Of a DNA stretch of 64,000 nt, positions 61,087-64,000 are shown piece by piece. The notes below the pieces were generated by a model. The model had not been told where the DNA came from and searched no databases. It worked only from the letters and a program-made list of their open reading frames with translations. Within the stretch, counting starts at the first letter, position 1; each line of letters starts with the position of its first letter. This DNA comes from the human T2T-CHM13v2.0 reference genome, Homo sapiens: NCBI RefSeq assembly GCF_009914755.1, contig NC_060934.1; one strand, given 5' to 3'. Made by a program: the position numbers and the translations under genes.

Positions 61087-62327
61087 CAAGGAACCATTTA
61101 ATTGACTGTTAAATTTAAAAATCACAAGATTTAGGCTGGGCGTGGTGGCTCATGCCTGTAATCCCAGCACTTTGGGAGGCGGAGGCAGGTGGATCACCTG
61201 AGGTCAGGATTTTGAGACCAGCCTGGCCAACATGGTGAAACCCCACCTCTACTAAAAATACAAAAATTGGCTGGGCGTGGTGGCAGGTGCCTGTAGTCCC
61301 AGCTACTCAGGAGGCTGAGACAAGAGAATCGCTTGAACCCGGGAGGCAGAGGTTTCAGTGACCCAAGATTGCGCCATTGCATTCCAGCCTGGGCGACAGG
61401 AGCAAAACTCCATCTCAAAAAAAAAAAAAAAAAAAATCACAAGACTTAACTATTTGGAATGGAGAGGAGGCTTTATTTGTTATAAGGGATTACAGCCTGC
61501 AACAGGCTGAGAAGAATGCCTCTGGCTAAGACCAGAGACAAGCACTTTGAAGGAAGATAGGTTGGGGTAGGAGCATTATGCTGGACAAGTTAGCTAAACA
61601 TACATCTTCAACAGGTTAGAGGAGGAGCTATGAATATGCATGAAGGTGGTCCCAATGCACGTGTATTGAACCAATATGCATGTAACATATGACCTGTGTT
61701 CACTCTGGGGTGGAGACCTAACATTTGAATGTATTATAATTAGGCCCTATCAGTCAAAAGGTCTTTTCAGGACACAAAGGCACTCAAGTGTGCAACCTCT
61801 GTAAACCCAGCCAGAACCAGTTTATGGTGGGTGGTCTTCTTATCAGGAGAAAGTTACTGAAATCAGTCTCTTGTCTAATCAAAGCTGTAGTTATGGTGCT
61901 TGGGACAAGGGTTGGGAGCCAATTAGTGTCTGGTGAAGACCTACAGTTGTTTTCATTTTGCTTATCTCAAGGCCAGTGCTTATTTAGCTGCTAGAGAAAA
62001 AAGAAAAACCTTGTGGCAGTTAGACCATAGTTAAAGTTTAAGGTGCTTGACCTAACACTTGCCTGGCATGGCCTTAGGTATTGTTTATAATTTGGTATCT
62101 CATTGCCACAAAAAGTCTGTTCTGCCAGTCTTATGATCTCTATTTTAATGTTAATGCTGGTCAGTTCTTGTGTCTAAACCACAAACATGAGAGGGTATAA
62201 TGAGACATGTCTGACCTCCCATCTCGTCATGGCCAGGAACTCAGTTGTAAGGTTTTTCTGGGGTCCCCTTGGCTAAGGGGAGCGTCCTTCAGTTGGTGGG
62301 GGCTTAGGATTTTATTTTTAGTTTACA
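61087..62327 (-). mobile_element. MER4-family LTR with Alu ~61134-61436
   Basis: Reverse-complement homology to 49152-49958; ends ...ttttatttttagtttaca; Alu TSD aaaaatcacaaga. Confidence 0.75.
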
Positions 62328-63382
62328 ATTTCTGCAAAGGGAAAGGCTACTGATAAACCTTAAACATCCTGCACTTGTGTTTCAAAGCAATAAATCAGAC
62401 CTCTTAAGTACTAATGGAATTGTATACAATTTGTATGGTGACCACTTTCCCTTCCATCCTGAAAGCCCTGTGAGAACAGAGGTCTTGGCTTTTTTATTCC
62501 TTAACAGTTTTCTTACCCCCAAATTAGCACATAACAGCAGCTAGACAGATGAGAATCTCTCTCTTTGTTCCCCAGTTTCTACCTTGAACAATTCTCCCTG
62601 CCAACATGCAGAGTCACCCTGTAGCCTTATAGTTTCCCCAGCATCTAATATATGTTCTTCCAGTAACTGGAGACTGAGATGCTTCAGGGCCAGACAGCTG
62701 TGTTCTTAGCCGAGTGACAAGCAAGGCTTTGCTGGGCTTTTTACCTATTCACCTTAGAGTCCAAGCTGACCAACTCAAAACTATACACATGGGGCCAGAA
62801 AATCATCACCCTCTGAAGGTCAGCTATATGATCTTACAAGAGCTCATTAGAGATGAAAAACTGCTTTGTGAATTCCAAAGCATATCTCTAGCTCAAGATT
62901 GCCTCTCTTCATATTGTCTCCTTTTTTCCAGTGGCTCCAGTAGGCAAAAAACATAGAAAAATTGTTAATTTTGGAGACTTGTTCTGTTTCTAGTATTGAG
63001 AATTTAAATTCCAAGCTGTCCACTAGCTGCAAAAAGCAAGGAAGTTGTCACACTCAATTTCCTCTGCAGCTTTTCCTGATCAGTGTGTTCCGTCTAGAAT
63101 TTATGAAATTGAAAGCATTTAACATTTTATATCAATTTTATCATATTAATACATCTAGATGTAATAGCCACAAAACACAAAGCCATTAAACATTTTTTTT
63201 AATATTGCAAATTAAACCCATAGCAGTAAATCCAGCATTTGCAGTTAGGTTAGCATTACTGCTGTGGGAACTATTCAGGTTGGAAAGCAGATGAGGGAGG
63301 GTACAGGGGTGGCAAAGAAGGAGGCAGCTCTTGCAACAGGGCAGCAGCTGGGCTGAAGAAGAGGCTGGATGGAGTCTTGGAA

Positions 63383-63430
63383 CCCTCCCCACCCTCCCCA
63401 CCCTCCCCACCCTCCCACCCTTCCACCCCA
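63383..63430. repeat. (CCCTCCCCA)n C-rich minisatellite
   Basis: Three 9-mer copies plus degenerate units. Confidence 0.85.
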
Positions 63431-63570
63431 GCTTTGCTCCAGCCCTGAGAACTTTTAACAGTTTGGGGCCACCCAACACTCACCTTTATAATTTGTCAAT
63501 GTTGTTTTTCTTACCTCCCACCTGGAGAAGAGAACAAAAAACAAAGGCATCACTAGCAAATTCCACTTCT

Positions 63571-63875
63571 GGGCCAGGTTCAATGAGTCATACCTGTAAT
63601 CTCAGCACTTTGAGAGGCTGAGGGAGGAGGATCACTTGAGGCCAGGAGCTCAAGATAAACCTGGGCAACATAGCAAGACCCCATCTTTACAGAAAAAATA
63701 AAAGAGCCCGGAATGGTGGCACGTGCTTGTAGTCCCAGCTATTCGGCAGGATACATACCTGTAATCCCAGCTGAGGCAGGAGGATCACTTGTGCCCTGGA
63801 GTTCAAGGCTGCAGTGAACTATGATTGTGCCACTGCACTCCAGCCTGGGTGACAGAGTGAGAAGTAAAAAAAAAT
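63571..63875 (+). mobile_element. AluJ-like element
   Basis: ggaggatcacttgag...ggagttcaaggctgcagtg. Confidence 0.85.
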
Positions 63876-63893
63876 TTGCTTCTGATGCCAGCT

Positions 63894-64000
63894 GTATTGG
63901 GGTTTCCCAAGAACACTTCTGGGTTAAACAAATTGCTAGGAGGACTGACAGGACTCACAGTATGGCTATGACTTATTACAGCAAGGTCAGCAAAGGGGAG
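63894..64000. mobile_element. MER21-like LTR, runs off the window
   Basis: tgtattggggtttcccaagaacac...gctaggaggactgacaggactca. Confidence 0.55.

Overview
Primate, most likely human, repeat-dense genomic DNA. Bases 1-30356 are the Alu/L1/DNA-transposon-filled 3' part of a long intron. It ends in the terminal coding exon of a KRAB-type C2H2 zinc-finger gene (30357-32542, +, 16 intact fingers), which I recognise as ZNF33A (chr10 pericentromeric ZNF cluster; recalled from memory, not searched). Downstream, on the minus strand, are two structures the ORF track only hints at. (1) An intron-containing DUX-family (PRD-class) homeobox split over two exons (43477-43326 and 40456-40345), with canonical splice sites and an open spliced frame. 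(2) About 0.9 kb upstream of it, an orphan immunoglobulin lambda V (IGLV4-like) pseudogene that keeps octamer/TATA-like promoter motifs, a leader exon and a near-consensus 23-bp-spacer RSS. Also present: a full-length MST-type MaLR provirus, a 5'-truncated EIF3L retrocopy with an unbroken frame, a U6 retropseudogene, two L1 insertions with apparent 3' transductions (one 5'-inverted), and several DNA transposons/MITEs. Repeat subfamily names come from recalled consensus sequences, and repeat boundaries are approximate.
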